From NCBI GenBank assembly GCA_965235115.1, contig OZ249436.1, positions 29,576,001 through 29,640,000 on the forward strand: a DNA stretch of 64,000 nt, in the 5' to 3' direction. The notes beneath the pieces are model-generated. The model had not been told where the DNA came from. It saw only the letters and a program-made list of their open reading frames with translations, and searched no databases. Below, one piece after another: positions 26,635 to 40,088 of the stretch. Source of the stretch: Laetmonice hystrix (Eukaryota). The position numbers were made by a program, and so were the translations under genes. Positions within the stretch are counted from its first letter, which is position 1. Each line of letters begins with the position of its first letter.

Positions 26635-28455
26635 GGGATCAGACCAACGTCAGGTCTATACACTGACCGGGATCAGACCAACGTCAGGTCTATACACTGA
26701 CCGGGATCAGACCAACGTCAGGTCTATACAGTACACTGACCGGGATCAGGCCAACGTCAGGTCTATACAGTACACTGACCGGGATCAGACCAACGTCAGG
26801 TCTATACAGTACACTGACCGGGATCAGGCCAACGTCAGGTCTATACACTGACCGGGATCAGACCAACGTCAGGTCTATACACTGACCGGGGTCAGACCAA
26901 CGTCAGGTCTATACACTGACCGGGATCAGGCCAACGTCAGGTCTATACACTGACCGGGATCACACCAACGTCAGGTCTATACACTGACCGGGATCACACC
27001 AACGTCAGGTCTATACAGTACACTGACCGGGATCAGGCCAACGTCAGGTCAATACACTGACCGGGATCAGGCCAACGTCAGGTCTATACAGTACACTGAC
27101 CGGGATCAGACCAACGTCAGGTCTATACAGTACACTGACCGGGATCAGGCCAACGTCAGGTCTATACACTGACCGGGATCAGACCAACGTCAGGTCTATA
27201 CACTGACCGGGATCAGACCAACGTCAGGTCTATACACTGACCGGGATCAGACCAACGTCAGGTCTATACACTGACCTGGATCAGACCAACGTCAGGTCTA
27301 TACACTGACCGGGGTCAGACCAACGTCAGGTCTATACACTGACCGGGATCAGACCAACGTCAGGCCTATAGATCTACACTGACCGGGATCAGACCAACGT
27401 CAGGTCTATACAGTACACTGACCGGGATCAGACCAACGTCAGGTCTATATGTTACTGATACACTGACTGGGATCAGACCAATGGCAGGTCTATATGTTAC
27501 TGATACACTGACTGGGATCAGACCAATGGCAGGTCTATATGTTACTGATACACTGACCGGGATCAGACCAACGTCAGGTCTATATGTTACTGATACACTG
27601 ACTGGGATCAGACCAATGGCAGGTCTGTATGTTACTGATACACTGACTGGGATCAGACCAATGGCAGGTCTGTATGTTACTGATACACTGACTGGGATCA
27701 GACCAATGGCAGGTCTGTATGTTACTGATACACTGACCGGGATCAGACCAACGTCAGGTCTGTATGTTACTGATACACTGACTGGGATCAGACCAATGGC
27801 AGGTCTATGTTACTGATACACTGACTGGGATCAGACCAATGGCAGGTCTATATGTTACTGATACACTGACTGGGATCAGACCAATGGCAGGTCTATGTTA
27901 CTGATACACTGACTGGGATCAGACCAATGGCAGGTCTATATGTTACTGATACACTGACTGGGATCAGACCAATGGCAGGTCTATATGTTACTGATACACT
28001 GACTGGGATCAGACCAACGGCAGGTCTATGTTACTGATACACTGACTGGGATCAGACCAATGGCAGGTCTATATGTTACTGATACACTGACCGGGATCAG
28101 ACCAATGGCAGGTCTATGTTACTGATACACTGACTGGGATCAGACCAATGGCAGGTCTATATGTTACTGATACACTGACTGGGATCAGACCAATGGCAGG
28201 TCTATGTTACTGATACACTGACTGGGATCAGACCAATGGCAGGTCTGGTACTGATACACTGACCGGGATCAAACCAATGGCAGGTCTATGTTACTGATAC
28301 ACTGACTGGGATCAGACCAATGGCAGGTCTATGTTACTGATACACTGACTGGGATCAGACCAATGGCAGGTCTATATGTTACTGATACACTGACTGGGAT
28401 TAGCCCAATGGCAGGTCTGGTACTGATACACTGACTGGGATCAGACCAATGGCAG
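26635..28455. repeat. Compound minisatellite with 34/39-bp units changing to 45/43-bp units
   Basis: Left unit GGGATCAGACCAACGTCAGGTCTATACACTGACC (optional CAGTA insertion). From about 27420 the unit is GGGATCAGACCAATGGCAGGTCTATATGTTACTGATACACTGACT. Confidence 0.97.
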
Positions 28456-29379
28456 ACCCACTGATGCATTGGTTCTGATTAGTATACAGACACACAAACT
28501 GATCCCAATCGGTCCTGGGCGTCGTGCTATATAGTCCCTGCACTCATCCACATTGGTCTAATGGCTATAAGCATTGATATCAATCGGATGATTTCAGTGT
28601 GATCTGTCTAATACACCATATGCTACTTCAATATGTAATCAAATGGTGATTAATAACCATAGGTTAATATCAATCAGGGACGTGCCTTACGAGTTTCACT
28701 GACTCGGAAAGGGCAGTTTACGAACTAAAGGCCCGCACGGATTTATAAACGACCGTTCGAGGTCGCCTGGGTGAACAGAGGGTCTCTTAAAATTGGTGTC
28801 CAGAGCAAATAACAGATGACGACCTTCCCAGAGTACCGGTCATAGCTAGCCGCTGGTTGGAGCACGGGGGTGGGAGGGGGGGGGGGTGGTTGACCTCCCG
28901 GCTTAGGTCATGACCAGATCACACGAAAATACGGTCGTGTTTAATCTGGTGTTCAGACACTACAGTCTGCCATTGGTTAGACCCAAATTACAATGTCCCA
29001 GATAAAATACAACACAAAGGTTACCAAAAGTAATACAACACAAAAACATAGCTTCTGGTTCACATCTTCCAGCTTCCAGCCTTACAATCGGAGTACTGCT
29101 CAGGGTTTGGTTGTCACTCAACACCGCCAATTATTATGACACACAATAGGCTGTAAAATGGTTTATTTATCTTTACAAATAAACCTTAACATTTATTTCT
29201 TTCCCGCCATTTCCAGCATGTACAATGGTGTTTTGGGGCTTATTTTTGGCGACTTCAGTTTCGAAGGTTTATTTCCAGCTAGTCCACTTTTTCTTATGTT
29301 AATAATATTCTCTAACATGCTGTGATATGCCCTACAAAGGATGCCCTTATGTGCGATGAGCTTCGATTCGTTTAGATTT

Positions 29380-29570
29380 CAATCTATTTTACGGAATATC
29401 TTTAGCGCCTCTTCCTACTCTACTTATTCTCCAGTGCGATCCATAATCAACAGGATTATTGCTGGGACTAGAAGCCACCACTGTAGTTCTCCAGTCTGGA
29501 TGCGGTGTCAGGTCAAAGTTCTTTTGTCAAGTTCAAGTCGCGTGAGGCACTATGAGAGAAAAGTTGTGCC
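29380..29570 (+). mobile_element. Possible CR1-like post-RT remnant
   Basis: SILRNIF...GTRSHHCSSPVW...SRVRHYERKVV resembles lRrn.....vRs.leYcs.VW.......erVq...r. Confidence 0.3.
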
Positions 29571-30600
29571 CCAGCCGCCATGCAGCCTCTCCGAGTCTCC
29601 AGTCCACAGCGGCCTGCACGAGTTGGCTTTGCGCCCTCATGGGGCTGTGTAGTTTATCGCTGTGATATGACATTGATACATGACCTCTCGACATCTACAA
29701 ACAAGGGCTCTGTCGACGCATGTGAGGCCAACATGGCATTGTGCCTCTCCGTTGCCCCCAACTTGTCATCCAATGTGTTTCAGGGCCGTTTTCAGGTAGG
29801 GAAATGTAACGATAAACAAACAGAACTTAGCACCACTATCTGGCACGCCTGATTAGTGCTATGATAGGCGCGGCGTGAAGTGGCCACTTCGCCCATGATA
29901 AATTGTTCAATCGCCCTCTTCAGACAAAACCCCGTTTGAGTGATTGTGGCAATAGAACAGTACTTGGGGTCTCAACCGGTCTGGCGCTGGGAATGAAAAC
30001 GATGGGGTTTGGCCAAACTTGCGGCAAATGGTTTTTTATTAGCTTCTAGTGTTGGCCTGGATGTTGCCATAAAGAGGCAAAGTAAGATCACATGGCGCAG
30101 GCGATCTGTAACGACACATAGAAGAAATTGTCAGGTTCGTGACCACTAAATGTCAAGTACCTTGATGTCCCGGATGATTGGAGGCCCCACACGAAACCCT
30201 GGAATACAGAAACAGTGACTGGATTGGTTTATATGTTGAAGGGTCTCCTTTTCTTTCTAATGTTTATTTAAATGTACATTATCAATATCCCCCACAACGT
30301 CTGCTGTAGGAGGGGCACTTGTATGGACCAGAAATGCTTTGTTAAAAGGAATTCACGAGTAGTAATTCATGCTTAATGTTGACATTAGGGGAACCGGTTT
30401 CATATTTTGTGTGAGTGGCTTTCCCTAAAAACAAACCAGGCACGGATGAAAATTCATAAACAACTTTATATATTACAGTCATAATGTAGAGTTATTAGGG
30501 ATAGTGGTAGAATTACGAACGCTACCTTAGAATTTACCCAAAGATACACGTTACAACCCATCTGTGGATTTGGCCGATCTGTTAATTAGACAGGATGAGT

Positions 30601-31678
30601 CAACAGTGGCCCACTGGATAGAGATGGTCAACAGTGACCAACATCTGTGTATACAGAATCAACAGTGGCCCACAAGTCTTGATGGGAGGAGTAACAAGTG
30701 GCCCACATCTGTGTCCACATAATCAGCAGTGGCCCACAAGTCTTGACGGCAGTAAGAAGTGGCCCACATCTGTGTCCACATAATCAGCAGTGGCCCACAA
30801 GTCTTGACGGGAGTAAGAAGTGGCCCACATCTGTGTATACAGAATCAGCAGTGGCCCACAAGTCTTGACGGGAGTAAGAAGTGGCCCACATCTGTGTATA
30901 CAGAATAAGCAGTGCCCCACAATCTTGACAGGAGGAGTAACAAGACTAGTGGTCCACATCTGTGTATACAGAATCAGCAGTGGCCCACAAGTCTTGACGG
31001 CAGTAAGAAGTGGTCCACATCTGTGTATACAGAATCAGCAGTGGCCCACAAGTCTTGACAGGAGGACTAGGAAGTGGTCCACATCTGTGTATACAGAATC
31101 AGCAGTGACCCACAAGTCTGACAGGAGGAGTAAGAAGTGGCCCACATCTGTGTATACAGAATCAGCAGTGACCCACAAGTCTGACAGGAGGAGTAAGAAG
31201 TGGCCCACATCTACAGAATCAACATTGGCCCACAAGTCTGACAGGAGGAGTAAGAAGTGGCCCACATCTGTGTATACAGAATCAGCAGTGACCCACAAGT
31301 CTTGACAGGAGGACTAGGAAGTGGTCCACATCTGTGTATACAGAATCAGCAGTGGCCCACAAGTCTTGACGGGAGTAAGAAGTGGCCCACATCTGTGTAT
31401 ACAGAATCAGCAGTGGCCCACAAGTCTTGACGGGAGTAAGAAGTGGCCCACATCTGTGTCCACATAATCAGCAGTGGCCCACAGGTCTTGACGGGAGTAA
31501 GAAGTGGCCCACATCTGTGTAGACAGAATCAGCAGTGGCCCACAAGTCTTGACGGGAGTAAGAAGTGGCCCACATCTGTGTATACAGAATCAGCAGTGGC
31601 CCACAAGTCTTGACAGGAGGACTAGGAAGTGGCCCACATCTGTGTATACAGAATCAGCAGTGGCCCACAGGTCTTGAC
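30601..31678. repeat. ~61-bp minisatellite x~17 with dimeric substructure
   Basis: Unit AAGTGGCCCACATCTGTGTATACAGAATCAGCAGTGGCCCACAAGTCTTGACGGGAGTAAG. AGTGGCCCACA occurs twice per unit. Confidence 0.97.
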
Positions 31679-32055
31679 ATACGATGCCCCCCCCCCCCCC
31701 CAGTTTTGCAGATGGCAGACACATCTCTGGATCCCTAAGTTAAATGATATATTTTCAGATGGGTCACATCCACAGACGATGCCTGACATACACACCATGG
31801 TGTCTCAGAGATTTCCTAAAATACATCCTTGAATATTTAAAGTAGCCTACAGTTTTATTGAGGTCAGAGTCAGATAACTTTTTGCAACAACAACAAAATC
31901 TCTCAAAAATATAGTGGTTTGTTTTTTTATTCCAGAGCACGAAACCTAAATATATTTCTTATTGATCTATAGCTAAAGCAAGTAGAACAGTGCACAGAAA
32001 CTAGTGAAAGTCGTTCGCGGTCTTCCTCAGCATAGGTTTCACTCTGTACAGGTTG

Positions 32056-32718
32056 CTACGGTGGCCCATTAGGGACATGACCATCTTTTGCTATTTTCAA
32101 GGTTTTACTTAGGTTTTCACGTTGTCATAAAGGTTTTTCGCGATTACACAGCTTTTATTTATATTTTTCATCCGCATAGGGAGACGATTATTGAGTAACA
32201 ATGCAGAAAACCACGTGTTGAAAAAGAAAGAACTACCAATACCACATTAAAAGTGAAACTAGAAATGTTGTAATTGATATGAATTGATATGGAAATCCGA
32301 ACGTTTCTACCGCGGTGGGAACCTTTCCACCGCGGTGGGAACCTTTCCACCGAGATGGGAACCTTTCCACCGAGGTGGGAACCTTTCCACCGCGATAGGA
32401 ACCTTTCCACCGCGGTGGAAACCTTTCCACCGCGATGGAAACCTTTCTCGCATTTTCATATCAATTACAACATTTCTAGTTTCACTTTTAATGTTTCATT
32501 GGTAGTTCTTTCTTTTTCAACACGTGGTTTTCGGCATTGTTACTCAATAATCGTCTCCCTTTCTTCGTTCTTCGCGATGACAAGTATGCAAAACTGGCGG
32601 ATTAAAAATATAAATAAAAGCTGGGAAATCGCGAAAAACCTTTATAACAACGTGAAAATCTATAAGTAAAACCTTGAAAATAGCAAATGATGTTCATGTC
32701 CCTAATGGGCCATCGTAG
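32056..32718. mobile_element. Foldback/MITE with ~230-bp inverted arms and a central 20-bp tandem array
   Basis: Arms 32056-32283 and 32455-32718 are reverse complements (ends CTACGGTGGCCCATTAGGGAC / GTCCCTAATGGGCCATCGTAG), with about 30 extra bp in the right arm. Core 32299-32447 is about 7 x GGAACCTTTCCACCGCGGTG. Confidence 0.92.
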
Positions 32719-33899
32719 GTTTCCGTTTACAATGATGCACGACCTATGTCATGGATGTATGACATACCCCGTATATTGTTTAAGTATCCCGGATGGAATT
32801 ATATACGTATTACATTATGAGACCCCTTTGACCTAGTTTGTGTTCCGTATAATATCTTAGTTATACTTTATTGAGCCTCTCTATGTCACGTCTGAAGTAC
32901 ATATAGTCTACGCCATGGAGTATGATAACACCAGTAAAATATACTCTGCTTTGCTTTAGCAGACGAATAACCTGACATCATTCCTTTTCTATTTTCTATT
33001 ACAGCTATTTGGCTCTTTCTTTTACCATGTCCTTGCCAAATGTGAATCGTTGTTGCTGTTGTTTTCTTAGATGTTTTCCTATGAAAAAGAAAACACGGTG
33101 TGAAAATATTTGCTCAGCACTTGCAGATGTGGCGGCCACTCCAGAGCCGGTCACGAGACCCCAGTATTGTTGGCATTGCGGGCACCCGCTTTTTGCTATG
33201 TTTTTCTAAACGCATATCCCGTTCTCCGAGCTGCAATCAAAATATAGCGTAAACGACGAACGAGCCAGAGAGCTTCTGTGATATCCCTAACGGGTCTAGC
33301 AGGATAAACCTCTGTCCTCACGATCATTTAAGAACTAAGATGGCGAGTAATTTGAAGCCACTTAACATTTCCTCTTTGGTATTATTAATTATCGCCGAAG
33401 AAAGGTTGAACACAACGTCAAGGAGAGACATGAAAAATATACGTATATACTGGAAGGCGATGGTTGTTGGTTCCTCAGTACAACATTCCAGGTGGTGTAA
33501 TTGTTAACAAGGAAGGGACGTCTGGTGGTATTGTATATGTATAGGTGATAAAGGTTCTGTATACAGTATCATTTTGGGTAGTCGATGATCTACTCAATAT
33601 TTCTAATTTTAACGTCTTATGGACGTTAGTCAACATGACTGTAAGACATCATTTTGCAGTGCGAGTGATGCCGTTAGAAAACTCCAAGACCATTTCAGGA
33701 GATTGAAAAAAAGTCTAATGTCGATAGAGGTTCTAACGCCTATAGCTCTGTAGTACCCCTGTGTCCTGTATTGGCAGTGAATGTCCACAACATTTAAGTT
33801 ACGTTGTTAAAAATCGAAAGTTTTAAGCAATCAGAAGTCCGCATTATCATGTTGAGTAATTAGATGACAGAGCCATACTCTGTAAAAGAAGTCCCCATA

Positions 33900-34169
33900 C
33901 ACACTTAGTAAATCTCAGATACATCCTTTATGAGGGCAACCTGTCACACTTAGTAAATCTTAGATACATCCTTTATGAGGGCAACCTGTCACACTTAGTA
34001 AATCTTAGATACATTCTTTATGAGGGCAACCTGTCACACTTAGTAAATCTTAGATACATCCTTTATGAGGGCAACCTGTCACACTTAGTAAATCTCAGAT
34101 ACATCCTTTATGAGGGCAACCTGTCACACTTAGTAAATCTTAGATACATCCTTTATGAGGGCAACCTGT
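33900..34169. repeat. 45-bp minisatellite x6
   Basis: Unit CACACTTAGTAAATCT(C/T)AGATACATCCTTTATGAGGGCAACCTGT. Confidence 0.97.
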
Positions 34170-36006
34170 TGTGGAAACTGAGCCTAGCCTTTCCTGTCTG
34201 GTCCAGATAACGTGTAATAGTACCTCACTACTCTGTCAGACTAGATACTGAATGCCCCGATACTTCCAGAGATCCCCCTCCAAATTTCCAGGGCTTATAC
34301 ATTTGTATCCCATTCACGACGTCAACACCGACGATACATGCTTCTCTCGGGCTGGGTGGCGAAGCACGCGGCGAACGAGCGCCGCTTGTCACGTCATGGT
34401 AGTCGTTCCATTTCACAATGGCAGACGACATTTTGGTTTGGAACTCGGAGGGGTAACTGACGGGTGCTGTACGGTGCTCGCTCAAGTCGGCCCTGCGCGG
34501 CGCTCCCCTGCCGGGAGATGGCCTCGTGTACCCGGCAGTTGAGATTGAAATGTTCCCCGCTTTCAGGGGTCAACGACGTCCGTGGACAAAACACGACTAC
34601 AGCATTCTTCGCCTTGGGCCAGGCAGACCGAATGCTGACCTTGGTATATTGGCTGTGACATTGTGTCGGACCTCCCGGCGCAGACTGACCCAAGTCGATG
34701 CCATGGCTGATCTGATTTCGACTCCCAAGTACGCCATTTAGCAGGTGGCGATTTATATATTATGATGTATGTGTCCAGGGTCTCCGATAACTGTCACACT
34801 GGGTGGGGAGGTGTTATCACGTTCACAATTGGAAGTCACATTCATCCCCAGCACAAATAGGCCACACGGTCGGTGTGCCCGGGTGCCGCGCAATGTATGG
34901 GGGTAGTATATCATCAACTCTAAAGATAAATCATGTAAATCAACTGATCATCAAGACTGTGGTGAAGACAGGAGAGGGACATTTCCGGCTTCGATAACCG
35001 AAGGTTCTGTTAACCTGCTAACCGAGGTTAATTGCATCAGTAAACTACACTTACAGTTACAAGAAATGGGTTGTCGTCTTCTCGCGCATTTAGGTTTTTA
35101 ATTTTGTCGGTTCAAAGTCAGAACTGTATGCTGCTCCGTTTGACAGTATACAAATCCTTGACAGCAGACAAATTTAAAGTCTCCATTTCGACACTCACGT
35201 ATTCCAAAACCTGGATATGTAAGTTTTTTTAAAAAGGAAACAAAGCTACAGCTGTTATGTCGATAGCTCTGCATGTTCCATGAACATAAATAAAATGGAT
35301 AAAACAGCAGACCTTATACTTCCTGCCCATGTTTAGTCACAGGTTGCTCAGTAATCTATTACCAGAAAAAATACCTGATCATGTATTTAGGCCTCTCTGT
35401 AAGGGCATATCCTATAGCTAATGGTTACGGCATATGTCTCTAAGGTATCTTCATAGTCAACATACATGTATTTTGTTTATTTTTCAACTTTAAGTGCCCC
35501 CACATCACCCAACCCCACGATATAAAGGTTATAGGATGGTAAAATCAGTTACCCCGGCCTTTGTGTTGATAAGCCATTGAGAATAAGGCAGGATAAGGAT
35601 CATTGAAGGCCACGGAAGTTCAGGTTATTATACATGCAGGAACATATATAGTTAACACGTTCATCATATGTCACTTTCCTAAACGTATATGCCTACATTG
35701 GTGTTGGATAGCAAACGACGATATGTGGGCCACCAAGCAGCCAACAGCTCACCAACTTTAACAGGAAGAGATTATGTCGTTGTGTTCTTGACCTTAGGTA
35801 ATACCACATCATTGATCCAAACTCTCCGGCCCATGAGATAAATACTTCCAGATAACATTTAGATTGCCAAAACGAAACTGATAATAAACAGCTGCAATAT
35901 GACATCAATTATCATTATACCACAGGCCTGCCCAGGAATTGAAAAGTTTGTTTTTGTTTGGTGCAAGATCAGAGCCATCTTTTCTTCTACAATTTGAGAG
36001 GAGCAG

Positions 36007-36143
36007 GGCCCGGCTTTTCAAAGAGTTAGTAAAACCGTTGTAGCTTAACGCTTCTGATTGGTGGATCTATAAATAGACCAGCCAATCAGAAGCGTTAATC
36101 TTAAACGTAAGCAAGAAATGCATTTTCCCAGAAAAACTGGGCC
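36007..36143. mobile_element. Short Harbinger-like MITE (GGCCC..TTTT termini)
   Basis: GGCCCGGCTTTTC ... GAAAAACTGGGCC, with internal perfect inverted repeat TTAACGCTTCTGATTGG / CCAATCAGAAGCGTTAA. Confidence 0.7.
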
Positions 36144-36191
36144 TTGAGGTTTAAACGGATTCCCCCAAACCCATGATTGCAGTTACATTAA

Positions 36192-36388
36192 AGCCGCTTT
36201 CACATGCACACGGTTTGCGGCGTGCGGCATGCGGCGTGCGTTTTTGTTAACAATGTAGCCAATGTAAATCGCCGCACACCGCAAACCGGGGGCATGTGAA
36301 CGGTTATATCTATTTTCAGTTGTTCCATTTCTGCAAAAACGCACGCCGCATGCCGCACGCCGCAAACCGTGTGCATGTGAAAGCGGCT
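36192..36388. mobile_element. Young PIF/Harbinger-like MITE
   Basis: About 55-bp perfect TIRs (AGCCGCTTTCACATGCACACGGTTTGCGGCGTGCGGCATGCGGCGTGCGTTTTTG), with TAA on both flanks. Confidence 0.92.
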
Positions 36389-36390
36389 TA

Positions 36391-37015
36391 AGCCAGGTTC
36401 ACACCGCTGTGTAAACTGCACTGCTCGGATCAAATTGACCCGGGGCCTCCTTCTTGACGAGGTAAGTATAACTAATCGGAGCTAAGTAACCCCGGGCTAA
36501 TACAGCTCACCACCACTGACCAGGTGTGAAAGGAATGGAGGTCTGCTTATACACGTGATCATCAACTTTGTGGTATAAGACAATATATCTAAGAAAATAC
36601 AAATAGATTATGGTTAAGGTGAGCATTAGGGATAGGATTATGAAGAAATATTTCAATAAAACAACATCACGGACTTCAAGTCCTAGGAATGCAGTCCATG
36701 ATCGGACTTGCATTTCAGGGGGACTTGGATTCCTTTACACCTGGACCTGGTTTTTAGTTCGTCATTTTACCAATCTTAAGACTGGAATTTTAAGACTGAC
36801 TTGTGTTATGGTCTCTCATTGGCTGAGGCTGTTGCAAGGCGTAAAACCCCAAATACCCACCCACCCTCATTGGCTGATTTCATTAAATTTGAAGGACCAC
36901 TCAGAAGCTCTGAAAAAAAGATTCAATCTTAATATTTGAATCTTAAGACTCAGTTTCCAAACTAAAAACCGGGCCCAGGTATTACCCTGGGGAAATCCTC
37001 AGTGTGAACCTGCCC
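36391..37015. mobile_element. Possible older outer Harbinger-like MITE
   Basis: AGCCAGGTTCACAC ... GTGTGAACCTGCCC (12/14 inverted), with recurring CCCGGG(G)-like internal motifs. TSD not clean. Confidence 0.5.
36744..36975. mobile_element. Nested Harbinger-like MITE
   Basis: CTG-GACCTGGTTTTTAGTT ... AACTAAAAACCGGGCC-CAG, with internal repeats of TCTTAAGACT and CTCATTGGCTGA. Confidence 0.75.
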
Positions 37016-39327
37016 TATAAGGTAACCCTGTGTTAGGTAAGCCTACACGTTGTCTTCACGGACATTTTCACCTCCAGTTTCGACGCTTGATTTTGTAAAC
37101 AGTACTGCGTGGTTTAAAATGTTTCATTGTGATGACACTCTGATAAAGACAGGGTCTGACGTGTTCACCCTTGTCCTGACATTCATGATGGCACAGCTAG
37201 AATTCAACTTCAACTGATGTGCCCTCATGTACTCGCCACCAAGTGGTGATAGGCTATGTCGGGATTACCAGAGCAAGGTTCCATGGGCTGGTATGAAACG
37301 TGTCCCTTGTGAGAATTCGGTACTGTCACACTGTCACTAGATGTCGTTATTTTATAGATTGGCATTGGGTGAGGAACTATAAATTGACCAACAATTGAAA
37401 AAAACATAGCTTGGTGCAAGGGAGGGCGTTTGTAACGGTTTCATCTAGGCAACATCTTCGGTATACATGACTGTGACCTTCATACGCGAGACTGTGAGAG
37501 CGCCGTTAGTTCCATCTGTTTAGGCAATTAGGTTTAACACGTCGTTGTTATTGCGTACACGAGTCGATTGGGCTGGCGGTGTTGAGGTGCGATGAGGCCC
37601 GGCTGCACCACTGAGGGGGTCTCCCTGCCTCCCTGCCTCCCTCCCTGCCTCCCTCCCTCCCTCCGCGGCTGCTGCTCCTGACGCTGTCCATATATCACTG
37701 TCACCGTCTGGCATTGTGCCGGGTCCCCGCCAACTGGTCATTGGCCGGCCGATCTGCCGCGAACGACCGGGAGGATCAATCACGGCCGGCCGGGGGAGGG
37801 GCGCTTGGCCGGGTCCGGGGCTGTTGGTGCTGACGGCCCGCAGTTGGCACCGAGTCGGGCCGCCACAGCAGCTGCTGGATGCGTGGACGAGCACGAGCAG
37901 TTACTGGTCTATGTGGCGGAGAGCCTGGAGGACTCGGGTTGTAAAGGTTGGGCACACGACGCGAGGGGGACATCATTGACGCAACGGAGGCAGAGACTTG
38001 ATTTTAATATACAAAAGGTCCTATAGACCTATACATTCTTATACCCCTGCGCGGTGGAAACTTGCTCCTTCATCCCATGTAGTCCTCTACCTGAGCCACC
38101 CACTGTGGATACAGAGGCTGGGCCCAGCACAGACAGCGCATGCTACCTGGGGAAAGGCGGCTTGTTGGTTCATTAGGGTTCTCAAGTGAAGGACACTCGA
38201 GACATCAAACAGGATCCCTGGCCCGTCTGTCGACAGGGCCTCCACGCTGACGTTAACCCGCAGGCACACGTGTCCAATCCCGTTTGTGGGTTTACAAAAG
38301 TATCATTTTCTATATCGACCATGTAATCTACGAGTGCCGTCGTATTGTCTCGTGCCACAAAGGATGACCAATGGCGCTCCGTGAACAGAACTGGCGTGGA
38401 AGCACTGTTTACTGGCCTCAGTATAACGCAGTGACTAATTAGGCCTACGCGACACTTGTCACAGATAACAACACCACAATCTTCATTATGGACTCTCACT
38501 AAATGCCGACTCTTGCCTGCGGTGGACAAAGATTCACCAGGAGCAATTAGGATCAAAGGGGAGAAAAAAATCGTGCAGCAATTCTCAGAGCTGGTCTGTG
38601 TGATGGACAACTGCGTCACCCAGAAAGTTGCTGTGTAGGGGATTTTTATTTACGGGAGCAGCAAGTTGCGGAAGCGTTGAAAGAGAGGACGTTCAAAGTG
38701 GCAAAGCGCGTCAAACACATGTCATTTGGCGGCTGTGTCTGGTTGGCTGGACTGGTTGCTCTGGCTGTACATGTTCTCCTATATGGTTTAGTTGAGTGAC
38801 TAGAGGACTGAGTAAAGATCATCATCGTCGTTATCATCGCCGGAGTACGTGTGGGTGTGTGAGTAGGTACGCGGCCTGGCGGCGACGTGTGGGCCAATCA
38901 CTGACTGGATACTTTGATGTGATGTCCGAGTATTGAGGCTGACAACATTCTATGTAACTAAGCGCCGGTACCAAAGGATCAGGTTGGCGGCTGTCTGCAG
39001 GCCAACCGTCCACACACTACAATGGCACAATCAAGGTAAACTATGAGAACTTATATATGCTTGATTGTATAAAGGAATGCTTAGATCCGTTATTACCCAA
39101 ATTTGAGGGAGGGGGGGGGGGGGGGTTAGTGCCGTGCTCAGTCAGTGACCTATCTCATCACTGGATCTAAGAAACACGTCTTGTATGTAAACTTAAAAGA
39201 GACGTAAAGCCCATGCTCAGCCTATACTGCAAACACAACTTAGTGCATTTCATACGATCTAACATGAGACGTCAATCTGATGTAAGACTAGAGCCTAACC
39301 TGACAGACTCCATCGGAATCCGAGCGG

Positions 39328-39696
39328 CATGTCAGAGATGGTGTCCCCTATAACAGGTACGGGAAGACCCCTCACATGTCACAGATGGTGTCCCCTATAA
39401 CAGGTACGGGAAGACCCCTCACATGTCAGAGATGGTGTCCTCTATAACAGGTACGGGAAGACCCCTCACATGTCAGAGATGGTGTCCTCTATAACAGGTA
39501 CGGGAAGACCCCTCACATGTCAGAGATGGTGTCCCCTATAACAGGTACGGGAAGACCCCTCACATGTCAGAGATGGTGTCCCCTATAACAGGTACGGGAA
39601 GACCCCTCACATGTCAGAGATGGTGTCCCCTATAACAGGTACGGGAAGACCCCTCACATGTCAGAGATGGTGTCCCCTATAACAGGTACAGGAAGA
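39328..39696. repeat. 47-bp minisatellite x~8
   Basis: Unit CATGTCAGAGATGGTGTCCCCTATAACAGGTACGGGAAGACCCCTCA. Confidence 0.97.
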
Positions 39697-40088
39697 TGTG
39701 CCAACATGTGGGGTGAAGGGCGAACCTGAGGGCTGTGGTAAACCCGACCCGACTTCAGGGATTGTGGCACCGACTGCACGTGTCACCCCCACCCCCACAC
39801 CCCACCCCCACACCCCCTCACTGACCGCTCCTGGTGCACTCACCTCTCAACATAACCCAAGTAATCAGGAGAACTTAGATCTGTGCAGTTCTCGCACGTT
39901 TCCATGTTGTGCAGACGACTAGGTTGCAAAACAAGGAGTCAGCGAATGCTATTGATGAACGTAACTTTCAAGGCATTTCTGTTTCCTATTTTGGTTTATT
40001 TATTTTATTTTTTTCTTCCGCGTCCCATCTGACTGTTCACACTGGTTGATGCGCATCTGAATTATGCAATATGTCGAGTGGTGGTGTA

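Noticed and set aside
27481..27816. Repetitive ORFs in satellites (also 30820-31305, 32289-32669, 44585-44890)
   Set aside because: The frames break wherever unit length changes, so they are artefacts of tandem repeats.
26635..31678. Repeat arrays with constant and variable parts as CRISPR-like arrays
   Set aside because: The intervening segments are themselves repeated rather than unique spacers, there are no cas-like ORFs, and the context is eukaryotic.
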